Assembly (NCBI GenBank): GCA_964016885.1
Contig: OZ024755.1
Span: 16,740,001 to 16,804,000 of the forward strand
Length of the DNA stretch: 64,000 nt
Source: Eledone cirrhosa
Lineage: Eukaryota
Reading direction: 5' to 3'
Made by a program: the position numbers and the translations under genes. The notes beneath the pieces are model-generated. The model saw only the letters and a list, made by a program, of their open reading frames with translations. It searched no databases and was not told where the DNA came from. Shown piece after piece: positions 42,601 through 56,586 of this stretch (its first letter is position 1; each line of letters begins with the position of its first letter).

Positions 42601-45600
42601 CTTGTCATTCCCCTCTGTTAAGGGTGTTGGGGGAATTCCCTTATTAATAATACAATCTGTAGTATCTACTGCCTCTGTTGGAAGCTACTTGTATTTACTT
42701 TTATTTTCTTATGTATCTTAATGTTCTGTATTTTCCCATCTTAATGCAAGCTGGTATTATCACATTCACAGTGTGTGTGTTTGTGTTTATGTATGAATGT
42801 TTATATGTGTTTCTGTGTGAGTGTGTTTATGTATATGTTTGTGTGTTTATATGTGGCTGTTGTATGAGTTTATATATGCTTGTGTATGTATGTTTACATG
42901 TGTGTTTGTATGTGCATTTGTGTGTGTGTTTATGTTTATTTGTGTGTGTTTATATGTGTGTGTTTGTATTTATGCGTTTGTGTTTATATGTAAGTGTATA
43001 ACTGTGAGTATGTGTTTATATGTGTGCGTCTGTGTAGTTTACAACAGTTGTCACACTAGAACAAGTTTAAGTGTGTGTATATGTTTATATATGAATGTCT
43101 GTGTTTATATGTACATGTGTGTAGTTTACAACAGTTGTCACACTAGAACAAGTTTATGTGAGTGTGTTTGTAGTTTACATCAGTTATATACTAAGAAGTT
43201 TATGAAAATTTCCAGATCTTTGAGCTCAATTTGATAAGGTCCTTATAACTCTGTGTAGTATCTTGATCTTTTTAACTTCTTTTTTCAAATGAAGTCATTA
43301 TTTCCTATTAATCCCAGTGGGAGAAAGAGATATATAGGGACTGAGTGATAAACAAGGAGAGAGAGAAGGTGGGGGAGAAAGTTAAAGAGAAAAAGATGTG
43401 TGTATGTGTACAAAAAGAAAGAGAGAAGTTATAATGTGTTTGTGCATGTGTTTTCAAAAAGAGACATTGACGGAGAGAGATATTTATGTATTAATGTTCT
43501 GTAATTTAACCCAGAGAATCTGTTTAACCCTATTAAAGCTGATATTTAACAATAAAGATATTTCTGGAAATCAGATCTAAGTATTTATCATATTTGTCTT
43601 TTATTGTTTAAGAAGTATGAAACATGATACATACATCTGATGGAGATTATATCTGATATTTATGTTGTTTCCTTATGAATTTAACAGGAAATAATGAAGA
43701 TAAGATTTTTATCGACAGCTGGGCCCCCTGTGCAGTGTTGAGAAAATGTTAACCCTCTTGTTACCATATGTTTAATGAAAAATACTATTTGAATTAATTT
43801 ATAAAGAATTTAGCGGGATTTACTAAATGTGTTAAATATTTTGTTATTAAGATACTAGAGGGTGGTGGAAAGGCAGTATTGGTAGAGTGTCAAACAAAAT
43901 GCTTCATGGCATGGAATTATGGCCTTTTACGTTCTGAATTCAAATCCCACTGAGAGACTGCCATTAGGGTGGATGAGAGGGTTAACTATTCCAATCATGA
44001 TAATCATCTATGGAGAGATATAATGATCCCTCATTATTGAACCCACCTGAAACCCTGAAACCAACCCTGGTTCAATAATTGTTTCTACTTTAGGCACAAG
44101 GCCAGCAATTACCCAGTGCATTACCGATAAAATAAAGTACCAGTAATGCACTGGGTAATTGCTGGCCTTGTGTCTAAAGTAGAAACAATTATTGAACCAG
44201 GGTTGGTTTCAGGTGGGTTAGTATTAAAAAGGTTAATGTTCATTAACCTTCTTACTTCTCTTCTATTTCACCACTCATGCTAAATTCTGCATTGTATGTT
44301 TATGAATCATACTTGACTCATTTCTCTCCATTTTCTAAACATCTTCTGTACTCGGTGACCGAGTCTCTCTATCACGCCACATCACACTTTTTACATTTGT
44401 CCTTTATTGTTTGCCTTTTGAAAAAAAGAACCCCTTTGTTGTTGTTATTTAGCTCATGATCAAGCATGACTTTCTAGCTGTGACCACTGTCTTTTTATAT
44501 GCCTAGTGCTACACTGTCCAGTGTGTCCCTCACTTTTTAACCCTTTTATGACCACATTTCGAATGAAATACACATTATTAGTTAATGAAGAATTTTGAGG
44601 GATTTACTAAAATTATTATTTATTTCATTACTTAGAAAATAAAGAAACCATTACTAAGATAGTAACTTAATGTAAAGTTCATATATAAAATTATGTTAGA
44701 AAATTTAAATTTAAATTGGAAACCTTTAAAATGGATGGTTTTATTTCATAGAATCAAAGCTGGTTTTGGCTGGGTTGGTTGGTAACTAAAGAGTTAAGAT
44801 GATACGTTATAATTTGAAGGAAATCTGATTACTATTTCTTGCAGGTTAAGTGACCTCATAGTGGCTTTCTCATTATTCATAACAAAGTTAACAACTCTTT
44901 GAACCATTTTAATTTCTTGTATGCTTACCTTATCAAGTTGGATGCCATTGAGATCTCTGGTGCCCTTGGTCCCCAAACTGCCATTTTTTTTTACTCCAGC
45001 AGGAATGCATCCTGCCAGAGGAAGGAGACCTGTGAGGTGGAGGGGCTGATGCAATGAGTGTTGCTGGCTGATATCCACGGTAATGATTTTACCATTTTGC
45101 CTGTGGAACAGCTGAAAGATACCACTTAGATTGGGGTGTGGAGCCTACTGCTTACCACTACCATTTCCCTTACTTTTGCTATTTAATTTATTTCTCTTTT
45201 TGTTTTTTTTTATTGCAAACATCACATGATACAATTAAAAATTGTTGAATAAATAATTTTTCATGTAAAGGAAAAAAAAACCCTATAAACTTTACCAACT
45301 ATACTCTACACCACAACTACCTGTAAGTCGAATTTGGAGACCTAGGCAACGTGAAACTACATTACTACATTTAAAGAAAGACACCTGAGCTGTGTTCTTA
45401 TTGATGTCACACCTCAAGTATTGGTTCTCTGTCAATCGTGGCTGTTGTTTGTAATGTTGTAATGTGTACACAGTATCATGTTGCTATCTACACCCTTCTT
45501 ACATATTGAACAAGGCTGTTACTTCATAGATTACACTGATATATATATATATATATATATATATTACCAGATTGGGTTTTCTTTTACTGAAAGGAACCTC

Positions 45601-48600
45601 TCTTTCTTCTTCTCTACCTGGTAACCTCCTCACTATAGCTCTCTTGCAAGACTTTTTCATTTGTTCACTAATGCATAATAAACAAATAAAGCACCTACAC
45701 GTCATCATCATCGTTTTTACGTTGATTTTTTTTTTTCCATTCTGGCATGGGCTGGATGGGATTTTTTAGGCAATGTATTGCAGTTGGATGCCATCAACCT
45801 CTTATGATACACAGGGATATAATGTACCTATTCTAACCTGGATACACACAGTTACACAGATGTCAGGATACACAGTTAACCATTTGGTTGTTTTTATTAT
45901 CAAATGGTGTCTCTACATTAATGTCAAGCACAAGTGATTGTGGGTTGATAAAGAGAGTTTGCCTTAACGGCAAGCAAAGGCTGGCTCCTACCATCACAAG
46001 GCCCTACTGAAAGTCTGGTGGGACTGGAAAGGTGTCATCCACTACAAGCTGCTCCCACCAAACACCAGCATAACCTTTGACATCTATTGCCAACAACTTG
46101 CACCACTTCCCTTTCATTACATTACATTACACCACATTACACCACACCACATTACACCACACCACATTACATCACACTACATTACATTACACCACACCAC
46201 ATTACATCACACCACATTACATCACACTACATTACACCACACCACATTACACCACACCACATTACATCACACCACATTACATCACACCACACTACATCAC
46301 ACCACATTACACCACACCACATTACATCACACCACATTACATCACACTTCATTACACCACACCACATTACACCACACCACATTACATCACACTACATTAC
46401 ATCACACCACATTACATCACACCACATTACACCACACCACATTACATCACACTACATTACATTACATCACACCACATTACACCACACCACATTACATCAC
46501 ACTTCATTACACCACACCACATTACACCACACCACATTACATCACACCACATTACATCACACCACATTACACCACACCACATTACACCACACCACATTAC
46601 ATCACACTACATTACATTACATCACACCACATTACATCACACTACATTACATTACACCACACCACATTACATCACACCACATTACATTACACCACACCAC
46701 ATTACACCACACTACATTACACCACACCACATTACACCACATTACACCACACCACATTACACCACATTACATCACACCACATTACACCACATTACATTAC
46801 ATCACATTACTACCATCTTTCCAACTTCTACATTAACTCTTCAACTATACCAAGGTAATAATCTATCAAACTATTACTCTGATCCTCAGGGACTCCCTCC
46901 TCCCCCTACTAGTTATGGAGGGAGGTAATACTGTGTATCAATGAAACTCTCTTTGTCTGCCTCTCTCTCTCTCTCACTCCCTCTCTCTCTCACTCACTCT
47001 CACTCTCACTCACTCTCACTCTCACTCTATCTCTCTCTCTCACTCTATCTCTCTCTCTCACTCTCACTCTATCTCTCTCTCTCACTCTATCTCTCTCTCT
47101 CACTCTCTTTCCTCTCACTCACCCTTTCCTCCCTCTTCATTCCTTCTCTCTTTCACTTACTCCCTCACTCTCTCTTCCCCCTCCTCTCCATCTCTTAGTT
47201 TCAACACTTTACTATAATGTCTCCCAACAAGACAGCTATCAAATTTATCCAAGAGGACAGACACCATTCTAGATCTGGCAAAATGATTAAGTCAGTGCAG
47301 TTAGGATTCTAACCTTTTTTTTACTTTAACTTCTGAAAACTGAAACCTAATCTTATATTATATTTTGTCTATCAGACATAGGTTAAAGCATTTTGCTACC
47401 ACCATCACCATTATCATCATCATTGCCATCATCATCATCATCATTGGCATCATCATCACCATCATTATTATTATGCAAAATCCACATACATACACACACT
47501 ATGGTTTTGTCCTGTGCCATCATAATGTTTTTTTTTATGTAAACACTTTGTGGTTAATAAAGAAATCATTATTATTATTGGCAGTATCGGTAGAGGTTCG
47601 GATGCCATGCCTTGCAACATAGAGTTACGGTCCTTTACGGTCTGAGTTCAAATCCCGCCGAGGTTAACTTTGTCTTTCATCCTTACGGGGGGTCGATAAA
47701 ATAAAGCACCAGTAATACACTGGGATAATTGCTGCCCTTGTGCCAAAAGTAGAAACAACAATTATTATTATTATTATTATTATTATTATTTCATATCAGA
47801 TGAAAATCCTGAGGTTTGCTTTGCCTTTCATCCTTACAGAGTCGATAAAATAAAGCACTAGTAATGCACTGGGGTCGATTTAATCAACTTCCCCCTCACC
47901 CCAAAATGCTGGCCTTGTGCCTATAGTAGAAATAATAATAATAATTATTATTATTTGTTTATTAGACTCCAGCCTCAGGTCTTTCATCTCTTGATATGAA
48001 ATATTTTGGAATTAATCTCCAGACAGTAATCCAACTATTATCTATTAATAGGAAATATGGAACTGACAGAGCATAGAACTTAATATTGGTATTTCATGTT
48101 AAAACAAATATACAAGCAAGTTCTTTATTTATTGTAGTAGAATGTCTAAGGAGACAAACACATAACCCACATTAAATTACATTAAATTACATCTCTGAAA
48201 CACCACATATGTCTTGGCTGGCTGGCTGGTTGGCTTATGGGGTTAATATTCTTCAAACTATTGCATGTTGATGCTGGAGGTCAGAGTAACCTGTTAGTAG
48301 AATATGGTACTGCCAGACATACCAAGTGGTTGTGGTTGGGGTTACTCCACTCTTAATCAGATCTAAGACAAGCAATTAATAGCAATTTTTATGTTATGTT
48401 ATGCTATACTGACACTGTTTAGTTTAAACTACTTTAAGATTTTTTTTTTCTTTTAAAGTTTTAAGTCGAAAGTAAATACTAAGATGTGTATGCTCTCTCA
48501 GTGGCTGTGGCTACAGAATTATGTCACTATCTTTCAGTTAGACCCAAGTGCATCACTGTGTATGCTCTCTCAGTGGCTGTGGCTACAGAATTATGTCACT

Positions 48601-51587
48601 ATCTTTCAGTTAGACCCAAGTGCATCACTGTGTTTGCTCCCCCAGTGGCTGTGGCTACAGAATTATGTCACTATCTTTCAGTTAGACCCAAGTGCATCAC
48701 TGTGTTTGCTCCCCCAGTGGCTGTGGCTACAGAATTATGTCACTATCTTTCAGTTAGACCAAAGTGCATCACTGTGTTTGCTCCCCCAGTGGCTGTGGCT
48801 ACAGAATTATGTCACTATCTTTCAGTTAGACCCAAGTGCATCACTGTGTTTGCTCTCTCAGTGGCTGTGGCTACAGAATTATGTCACTATCTTTCAGTTA
48901 GACCCAAGTGCATCACTGTGTTTGCTCCCCCAGTGGCTGTGGCTACAGAATTATGTCACTATCTTTCAGTTAGACCCAAGTGCATCACTGTGTTTGCTCT
49001 CTCAGTGGCTGTGGCTACAGGATTATGTCACTATCTTTCAGTTAGACCCAAGTGCATCACTGTGTTTGCTCTCTCAGTGGCTGTGGCTACAGAATTATGT
49101 CACTATCTTTCAGTTAGACCCAAGTGCATCACTGTGTTTGCTCTCTCAGTGGCTGTGGCTACAGAATTATGTCACTATCTTTCAGTTAGACCCAAGTACA
49201 TCACTGTGTTTGCTCCCCCAGTGGCTGTGGCTACAGGATTATGTCACTATCTTTCAGTTAGACCCAAGAGTATCACTGTGTATCCTTCCTCAGTCGCTGT
49301 GGCTACAGGATTATGTCACTATCTTTCAGTTAGACCAAAGAGTATCACTGTGTATCCTCCCTCAGTCGCTGTGGCTACAGTTATGTACTATCAGTTAGCG
49401 CTAAGTATACTGTACCTTTCTATGAGTCTCTTGTTTTCTATTTCTATGTATTTATCTGTAAAGTGGTTCGTTTTAAGAAGGGTATCAAGATGCGGCTCTC
49501 TGATCAGTCTAGTCACGAGCCATAACATGTCCAACCCATGCCAACATGGAAAACATCTGATAAACGATGGTGTTGCTTGTGGTGGAGGTGGTGTTGTTGC
49601 AGCAGGAGTAGCAGTAGAAGCAGTAGTAGTAGTACAAGCTAGGACCTGTCCATTGTTTGCTGTAATTAGTTCAGTTAGATATGACATTATTTATAAGAAA
49701 TATATGTAAATCCAGAGAATTCCAAATACTTTATTGTTGTTAGGTCTCTCATATTTCAAATGTATTCTTCTTTGTCTGTTTGACTGCCTGTCTCACTGAG
49801 TCTCTCTCTTACTGTGTTTGACTGTCTGTGTCTGCCTGTCTCACTGAGTCTCTCTCTTACTGTGTTTGACTGTCTGTGTCTGCCTGTCTCACTGAGTCTC
49901 TCTCTTACTGTGTTTGACTGTCTGTGTCTGCCTGTCTCACTGAGTCTCTCTCTCACTGTGTTTGACTGTCTGTGTCTGCCTGTCTCACTGAGTCTCTCTC
50001 TTACTGTGTTTGACTGTCTGTGTCTGCCTGTCTCACTGAGTCTCTCTCTTACTGTGTTTGACTGTCTGTGTCTGCCTGTCTCACTGAGTCTCTCTCACTG
50101 TGTTTGACTGTCTGTCTGCCTGTCTCACTGAGTCTCTCTCTTACTGTATTTGACTGTCTGTGTCTGCCTGTCTCACTGAGTCTCTCTCTTACTGTATTTG
50201 ACTGTCTGTGTCTGCCTGTCTCACTGAGTCTCTCTCTTACTGTATTTGACTGTCTGTGTCTGCCTGTCTCACTGAGTCTCTCTCTCACTGTGTTTGACTG
50301 TCTGTGGCTGCCTGTCTCACTGAGTCTCTCTCTTACTGTATTTGACTGTCTGTGTCTGCCTGTCTCACTGAGTCTCTCTCTTACTGTATTTGACTGTCTG
50401 TGTCTGCCTGTCTCACTGAGTCTCTCTCTCACTGTGTTTGACTGTCTGTGGCTGCCTGTCTCACTGAGTCTCTCTCTTACTGTGTTTGACTGTCTGTGTC
50501 TGCCTGTCTCACTGAGTCTCTCTCTTACTGTGTTTGACTGTCTGTGTCTGCCTGTCTCACTGAGTCTCTCTCTCACTGTGTTTGACTGTCTGTGTCTGCC
50601 TGTCTCACTGAGTCTCTCTCTTACTGTGTTTGACTGTCTGTGTCTGCCTGTCATTCTCATTGACTGTTCAACTGACTGACTGTCTTCTTAGAACTATTGT
50701 ATGATTACCAAACTTATGACTATCTTAGGACTATTTCATGATTATCAATCTTATGACAATCATTCTTCTGACTACCTTCTTATGACTGTTACTATTATCA
50801 TTATATTACGACTATCAGTCTCATGACCATTGCTATTTTGGTGAGCAATCTTATGATTACCAATTGCAAAATTAATCTTCAAAATATCTTCAATTCATGT
50901 TTATTTATCACTTGTAAATAAAAATGTCTGAAAGAGAGAGACAGAAAGAGAGACAAAGAAAAGAGGGACAGATAGATAGAAAAAGAAAGAGAGTGAGACT
51001 AGTAGAAAGTATGAATTATAGACTAAAACAGTTGAAGCAAGCTGGTTTCCATTACAACACATGGAGTCTGTAGTATTTAGCTACCATGATATATTTTATA
51101 ATAAAAACTAGTAAGGTAAAAATAGAATCCTTAAGGGACAGTTAATTAAAGGGTTGAGAGATATTAATAGCAAATACTGTTAAAATCAAGAGTGGTAGTT
51201 TAGTTAAGGGGCTGAACTACTGATTATATGCATACATTGTTTGGAATTCAAATCTTGTTATAACCATTAGGCTACATCCCAAACAAAACACATTAATCTG
51301 TCTTGCTTCAGTCCTTCAGTCAACCAAACTAAAAACATTATTTACTTTAGTTTTTTTTATAGCTATGTAGTTTAATCCTGGAGCATAATGGTTTCTGATT
51401 AAGGCACAATGCTAACTATTTTATCGACCCTGTCAGGACAACCCGTCTAACCCATGCTAGCATGGAAACATTGACGTAAAACGGTGATGATGATGATGAT
51501 GATATATATATATATATATATATATAATGGAAAAATTTGAACAGGAACAAAACAGAGAGGCAGTACAACGAATGTTTATTAATTTCA

Positions 51588-51639
<52 letters not shown>

Positions 51640-54600
51640 AACAAATAAAAACACTGGAGAACAATACAATACAATGATGATAGTTTTATATATTGTAGAG
51701 TTTATTTATTTTCAATTTAAAAAAATAAACTGTATTTCATGAATGCTTGTCAAAGTGTCTTTTACAACATTGTGTCTGTATGTGCATGTGTGTTTATCCA
51801 TGTGTTTGTGTGTTTGTGTTTGTATATGTGTGTTTATGTATGTATGTATATGTGTGTTTGTGTATGCATTTGTGAATGTACATGAGTGTTTGTGGATGTG
51901 TGTTTGTGTATGTCTATATTTGGTTGTGTATGTGTGTTTCTGTATATACCTATGTGTTTGTGTATGTGCATATGTGTGTGTGTGTGTATGTCTGGTAATG
52001 TCTATTTGTATATCTATAATTCAAATTCTAACCAGAAAAAAGAGCAAAGCTAAAATCTAAAAGTGTTTTTATTCTTTTTTTCTTAAAGCAAGGCAAAAAG
52101 AACAGATCTTTTATATAACACCATTGTGTATGAATATTATATAGTATATACATGTGTTTTAATTGGTTAAGCAGTTTATAAAGAAGTGGATTGTGCCTGA
52201 AAATAGCTACAAAATTGAAGAAAACTCTGTCTGACTAATGTTTCTAAATTGGTGATTACAATTGTTTCTGTGAAAAGGTTTCCTGCTGGATATATTAATC
52301 TTGCCTTTTACATTACTTCTGTGCCAAGCACCATGCTGTCTGAATGTATTTGTGTGTGTAATATATGTATATATAGGTATTTGTGTGTGTGTGTATATGT
52401 TTGTTTGTGTTGTGTATATATATATGAGTGTGTGTGTGTGTTGTGCATATATATATGTATGTGTGTTGTGTATGTTTGTGTTATGTGTATTTATATGTGT
52501 ATATTTGTGTGTGTGTCTGTGTTTTTTGATGGTGTTGTTTCTATTGTATTGAAAGTACTCATAATATGTCAATATTGGTCAATATGTTTTGTGGCATATA
52601 GTTACAGCCCTTTACATTCTGAGTTCATATCCTGTTGAGGTTAGCTTTGCTTTTCGTTTTTACAGGATTGATAAAATAAAGAACCAGTAATACACTGGAG
52701 TTGATTTAAACTACTTTCTCCTCCTCTCAAATTGTTGGCCTTGTGACTAATTTAGAAACCATTATTGTTTGTTTTGTTTTTTGCAATTATTACAAAATTA
52801 TATTTCATACATAGTTAAGTCTTTTGATTATTGTTGTTCAATCATTGGTGGCATAAGTTATTTTTGGGTTGTTGTTGTTTAGATTTGGCAAGTGACTTCA
52901 TCTGAGACCATTTAATGTTGAAACTAAAAGAATAACCGAATGGAAGAGTAGTTTTAGCCATTTAAAAGACACATAAAAAATTATTATCTTTACTTATATT
53001 TGTCATTTATTTGTTGGTGTGAAAATTTTTGTCACACTGTCTGTCACCTGGTCACTGACACAGTTGTATGGTCACAGTCTGTGGCCTAGTCACACTGTCT
53101 ATGGCCCAGTCACTGTCACAATTCTATTGTCACACTGTCTGTGACTTGGTCACTGTCAGAATTCTATTGTGACACTGTCTGTGACCTGGTCACTGACACA
53201 GTTGTATGGTCACACTGTCTGTGGCCTAGTCACACTGTCTATGGCCCAGTCACTGTCACAGTTCTATTGTCACACTGTCTGTGACTTGGTCACTGTCAGA
53301 ATTCTATTGTGACACTGTCTGTGACCTGGTCACTGACACAGTTGTATGGTCACACTGTCTGTGGCCTAGTCACACTGTCTATGGCCCAGTCACTATCAGA
53401 ATTCTATTGTCACACTGTCTGTGATCTGGTCACTGACACAGGTTTATTGTTACACTGTCTGTGAACAGGTCACTATCACAGTTCTATTGCCACATTGTCT
53501 GTGACCTGGTCACTGACACAGTTCTATTGTCACACTGTCTGTGACCTGGTCACTGACACAGTTCCAATGCCACACTGTTAGTGACCTGGTCACTGTCAGT
53601 TTCAGTGTCACACAGTCTGTAACCTGGTCACTGACAGTTCCACTGCAACTCTGTGTCCCTCACCAGTCACAGACAGTGTGTCGAAAAATCTGAACACCAA
53701 GAGAAATTTGACTGCTCTTTCTAATAGATTCAGTAACTATGTAGAGGCTCCTACATTGCTTTAACTATTTATTCATTTATACTACAACTGTGTGTAAGTC
53801 TGTCTGTTTGTCTCTCATTCTTTCTCTCTGGTATTTTGATTATATTCTTGTGAAGGTTTTCATTAAAAAATATGTTTATTTGTACCACTAAGGCAAAAGC
53901 TAGCTCTCTCTCTCTCTCCCTCTCTCTTCCTATCCCTTTCTCACCTTCCATCACACGCATATAGTCTTTCTTTCCCTCTCTTTCTTATACACATTACCTC
54001 CTGCCTCACCCTCTCTTCTTCTCTCATCTCTCTCTCTCCCTCTCTCTAGCTCTCTCTCTTTATCTCTCTTTTCCTCTAGCTCCTTTTCTTTTCTCCTATC
54101 TCTCTCACTCTCTCTCTCTCCCTCCCTCCCTATAATCCCTTCTCTTTATCTCTTGCTTTCCCTCTATGTCTGTATACCCCCTCCCCCACTCTCTCTTTAT
54201 TGTATTTCAGTCTGTTTCAACTATATCTACTCATTTACCTCTATACTCTGACATAGCATCCTGTCTCTGTTTGACTTTGTAACCAGAGTTTTCCAAACAC
54301 TGTTTGCTTTCTTGCACAGAAAATCTTGGCCAGTTTCCCATTCACCAACTTCTAATTGTTGATTTTACTTCACTCCACTTCAATAATATGGATGCTAGTG
54401 CCACAAACGTATTCCATGAGATGTTACTAAGTAATTACTGTTGTAATTACAGTTAGTCTCACTTTTGACTGAGTTTTGCCAACAGGAGACCATTTGGCAG
54501 CCATATTTACCATTTCTTGACATACATACAGCTCTACGAACTAACATTCTTTTATTTGTTGCTCTTTAGAAACATCTACCTTTAACCCTTTTGTTACCAT

Positions 54601-56191
54601 ACTTCTAACTGCCTGTGTTTTCAGATAATTATTTTTAATTTATATTATAAAATTATTTTTAATTTATATTATAAAATTATTTTTAATTTATATTATAAAA
54701 GGCCTGTTTCTCTGTCTGTCTGTATCTGTCACACATATATCTAGGAGTGAAAAGGGGTGGCAATCCTTTTTTTTTATGTTGAGCGGAGAAGGGAGATACC
54801 TTATGGTCATGCTTATAGTTTTATTACAAAGGTTAGAAGTAAGAAGGTAGAGATCTCTAGGAGAGGGTGGTGGTGAGGGGGTCCCTAGTAATCAATCATT
54901 TGGAATGATTTAGTTACATAACTAACTTACTTATTGTTAAGTTGGTGTTTAAGGTGGTGGATTAGCAGAGTTATTTAAAATTAGATAAAATATCTGAGGA
55001 TGTTTCTTCTGGTTCTTTACGTTCTAAAGTTCAAATCCTACTTAGGTCAACTTTGCCTTTCATATTTTCCTATATGTATTTTAAATGATATTTCCCTATA
55101 TCTATCTTAAATATTTCCCTATATCTATCTTAAATGATATTTCTCTATACCTATCTTAAATAATATTTCTCTATACCCATCTTAAATGATATTTTCCTAT
55201 ATCTATCTTAAATGATATTTAAAAATTATTTTATCTTTTTCTTTTATGTTTCAGGCCGAATTGGACCAATATTGTATGGCTTTTAAAGCCAGCAACCTTG
55301 ATATTACCCCGATTCAGTATATCCGTAGATGGAAGTAAGTATTACACTTTAAAATCTTATTGTCATATCTTATCCTAAATAGATTTACCCTAAAAGTAGA
55401 TGGCTTAATGACTTAATTTACTTTAATTTACATTCAGGTTTTTGGTTTGTTAATCATATAATTTTTGACCTTATTGGCAAACAACAATATAAGACAATTC
55501 CTCTGATTTGGGGTTCAGAGTTAGGGTTAGGGTTAGTGAAGATCTGCTTAATTAGTTTGTGTTGATCTTTTAGCATCTTCACTTGAAGGTAGAGAGGTTT
55601 CTAAGAGAAATTTAATAAGGGTGAACATGACTGCTTTTGGGTCCTGTGGAAGTGGAATGGAGGATACCAGACATTCATAACTGGTTTTATTCCCATCATC
55701 CTCTGCAATTCATTATTTGCCTTCCTCTTTCTCACAGTGATATATTCTACTCATCTAGCATTGATGAAAGAGTGAATATCTTGTAGAGGTTATGTAACAG
55801 TACTTGCCTTAACACGAGACGCTTCTGTTACGTAACAGTACTTGCCTTAACACAAGACACTTCTGTTACGTAACTGGAAGGACCTAGGATAACCAGAATT
55901 TTTGCCCAGACTGAACTTCCAGAAACTACCACAAACGATCCTTTTTCAAAAGTTGTTCTCCCTACAACAGTCTCTTTTGTCATCAAATTACCGACATCTA
56001 TCACACAGAATCTAGCCAGCTCATATATACTTCTGTTCTCACCACAGCCATAAATGGGTTGAAAACCCTTCCGGTGAAACATGTGTCCTCGAATATGGCT
56101 TTCTAATTTGTTATGGAACTACTCAATACTGAACTCGTTCTTTGGACTGAGTGCTCTACTAACTTCAGATATAAACTTCTGGTTTTTACCA

Positions 56192-56235
<44 letters not shown>

Positions 56236-56506
56236 AGGTGAGTTTTATTGTAGCAATGCAAATATCGGATAAATAGCACTCTGCAGTTTGTAGGACTGGA
56301 GTATAAATAATATAAGATTAAAAGAGTTCCAAGTATTTTGATTTAAAACTTCACTATTCACAAGTGTTTTTTAACCTTCATATCATGTATCCCTATTTTA
56401 TCTGACGAAAACGCAAATATCATCTCATGATGATATTTGTTTTTGAAATGCGCATAATAAAATACTTGGAACACTTTTAACCATCTTTTGATCTTATATT
56501 ATATAT

Positions 56507-56586
<80 letters not shown>

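Noticed and set aside
46077-46928. His/Thr-rich 283-aa and 249-aa ORFs, reminiscent of histidine-rich cephalopod beak proteins
   Set aside because: They are translations of a 5-bp satellite that lacks G and so rarely makes stops; all frames give the same peptide; there is no true ATG for the long frame and no signal peptide
49756-50679. ORFs up to 203 aa on both strands
   Set aside because: By-product of a 48-bp (multiple of 3) tandem unit; frames break at small indels
48485-53700. Regularly spaced repeats as a possible CRISPR-like array
   Set aside because: Units are contiguous with no unique spacers, there are no cas genes, and the context is a eukaryotic intron
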